A stretch of DNA of 63,039 bases, filler included. It is 16 parts of 16 records of this genome, joined end to end, with 100 filler letters (N's around TTAATTAATTAA, not from the genome) between each part and the next. Parts side by side here need not be neighbours in the genome. Positions count along the whole stretch, not along the records: positions 60,968 to 63,039 come from SRR9188676_911; 15 more parts are not named here. One strand, 5' to 3'. Every line of letters starts with the position of its first letter. Position 1 is the first letter of the stretch. The notes under the pieces are model-generated. The model saw only the letters and a list, made by a program, of their open reading frames with translations. It ran no database searches and was not told where the DNA came from. Positions 61,231-63,039 of this stretch are shown here, piece by piece. The position numbers were made by a program, and so were the translations under genes.

Positions 61231-62961
61231 ATGAGTGCACTCAAATCACGAGCCTCTCAGGCTCAGGCCAATGGTCACCCGAGTTCCTCTCCACATGATG
61301 TCAATCAAACAAATCCAAATTTAACTCAACCCTCGCACAAGACTCGACGAAAGCTGATGGCAATCTTTGCATTCAAGAAAAAGAAAAAGACTGATGATGT
61401 ACACATTGAAACATCTGCTTATTCTCTCCAAAGCCCTCGGGATCAGGTATAGATGAGCTGGAAAATTTTCCCCTCTTCCTCAATAACTGTCTTTTTTTTC
61501 TTTCTAGATTAATCCGGATGTATCCATCCTTCAGGGGCAGCTGGATGAGATTCTTTCTCATAATAATCTGCTCTCCCTCACGATTGAGACGAAGCAAACT
61601 TCAATCGACCAGAAAACAAAGGATATATATAACCTCAAGTAAGGTTCTAGCTATTTTTTGCTTTTCTTGCTATATCTGTCTCATCTGGGAGAATTGGCGC
61701 CTTCCCCCACTCTATCACTATCACTCATCATAACTGTGTTTGCATACTCTACATTGTGTTCTTTCTGCTGTACACGGGTGTTTTTCCAGAGAGGAGAATA
61801 ACCAGCTCCGAAACCAGGTGGCCAAACTCCAACAAGACAATGATAGAATCATTGCCTCACTGGCTGCGCTGAATGCACCCACACAGGGCCGCGCCGCTGC
61901 TGGAAGTGCTGTGGGTGGCGGTGAAGGTAGTGAGGAGAGTGGTGAGGCTGGGCGGGGCGGTGTGCCTGTACATGGTGTGAGCGGGGAGGAGGCCGAAGCC
62001 ATCCTGCAGCTGCTGGCTGAGGTTCAAGACTGGCTGCTCCACATTGAAGACCTTCTGCTCGTGGAATTGGAAAATAGACAGAATAATGTATGCAACTTGT
62101 GAGCCAAAAATCAGTGAATCCGAAAACTGACCCACTCAGAGCCGGATGAAAACCCTCAGCGATCAAAATTCTGAGAAGGCTTCGAGACCGGATGAGTCGA
62201 TCGGCCGAGTATATGTTTTCCTGTAATCAGACTCATGACTCTCCTATTCATCATGGCACAAGAGCTTAGCTTCGCTTCGGTATTTAGACTTACCTATGGT
62301 CTTCCAAACCGCATTCATTCATTCACTCGATCTCTCTAGTTTTCAATTTTTCCGCAAACAAATTGCATGAGACCCCTTGTTTCTTGACCAGCCCCACCTC
62401 GTGAGTATGAGATGCTTTTCGATTGATGGCCATTAAAGGCTAGGATGCATTATCATTATTTGTATTCCGCTCCCGACAAATTTAAATTTGCGCCGGTTTT
62501 CATTGATTTGTATTGCAATGTTTCCGCAGGAGAATGGAGTGGATGATGATGATGATGTCGACCCGTGCGTTGTGGTTGGAGTGCGGCTCGGCCACGTGCA
62601 GGCGGTGCAGCTCAAGGTGCAGGAGGCCGCACACCACGTGCGCATGCTGCCCATCGCACCCATCGCCGACCCGGACCCGGACACCCACACACCCATCCAC
62701 AAGCCCCGTGCCGGAGGGGGTGACGAGAGAGGCAGGGGGGAGGGGGAGCGTGTGAGTGCGGGGCTGACACGTGATGACGTGGACCGCATTGTTGAGGAGG
62801 CGCGGTGCGTGTGGCAGGGGGAGCGCGACGGCGAGCTTGAAAGGCTGCAGGCACACCACGTGGCGGCCATGGCTGCTCTCCAGTCACAGCTGGCCGACAG
62901 CATGGCCGATAGAGACCGCGCTCTCGCTAGTGCCAAGGACAGGGCTGACGCTCTCGTGCAG
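61231..62961 (+). CDS. Unknown coiled-coil protein, spliced (3'-partial)
   Basis: Four exons with canonical splice sites and heptad-like segments (EENNQLRNQVAKLQQDN, ELERLQAHH..LQSQLA). Confidence 0.65.
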
Positions 62962-63039
62962 GTAATACACACACACGTACACAAGCGAAACATCTATCGG
63001 GTGCAAAATGGTCTCTCTCTCTCTCTTTCTTTCTTTCTT

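Overview
This window is not one locus. It is 16 short, unrelated contigs of an intron-rich eukaryotic draft assembly, joined by 15 identical artificial 100-nt linkers (N44-TTAATTAATTAA-N44). Pet127, an ETF-alpha-like gene and TKL receptor kinases point to a mitochondriate non-animal, non-plant organism, probably a protist. Recognisable genes, mostly partial and spliced: a Sen1/senataxin-like SF1 helicase, a frameshifted pogo-family transposase with a PHD finger, a class 3 lipase, Pet127, a crotonase-family hydratase, an hnRNP-R/Q-like 3xRRM protein, a sugar porter, an EGF_CA repeat protein, a DUF4062-like protein, a USP-like fragment, an MBL hydrolase, MARCH6/Doa10, BLTP2/Hobbit, a two-kinase receptor with a PhnD-like ectodomain, a divergent ETF-alpha, sortilin/Vps10 and a coiled-coil protein. 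Several small MITE-like elements are also present. The standout is 28520-33318. One phase-0 intron joins a ~19-finger C2H2 array, whose N-terminus resembles a mitochondrial presequence, in frame to a DIRS-retrotransposon RNase H with intact D-E-D-D residues and a degenerate DIRS methyltransferase-like domain. No RT or recombinase is present, so it is a candidate domesticated zinc-finger-RNase H. All calls come from manual motif recognition; no database searches were run.
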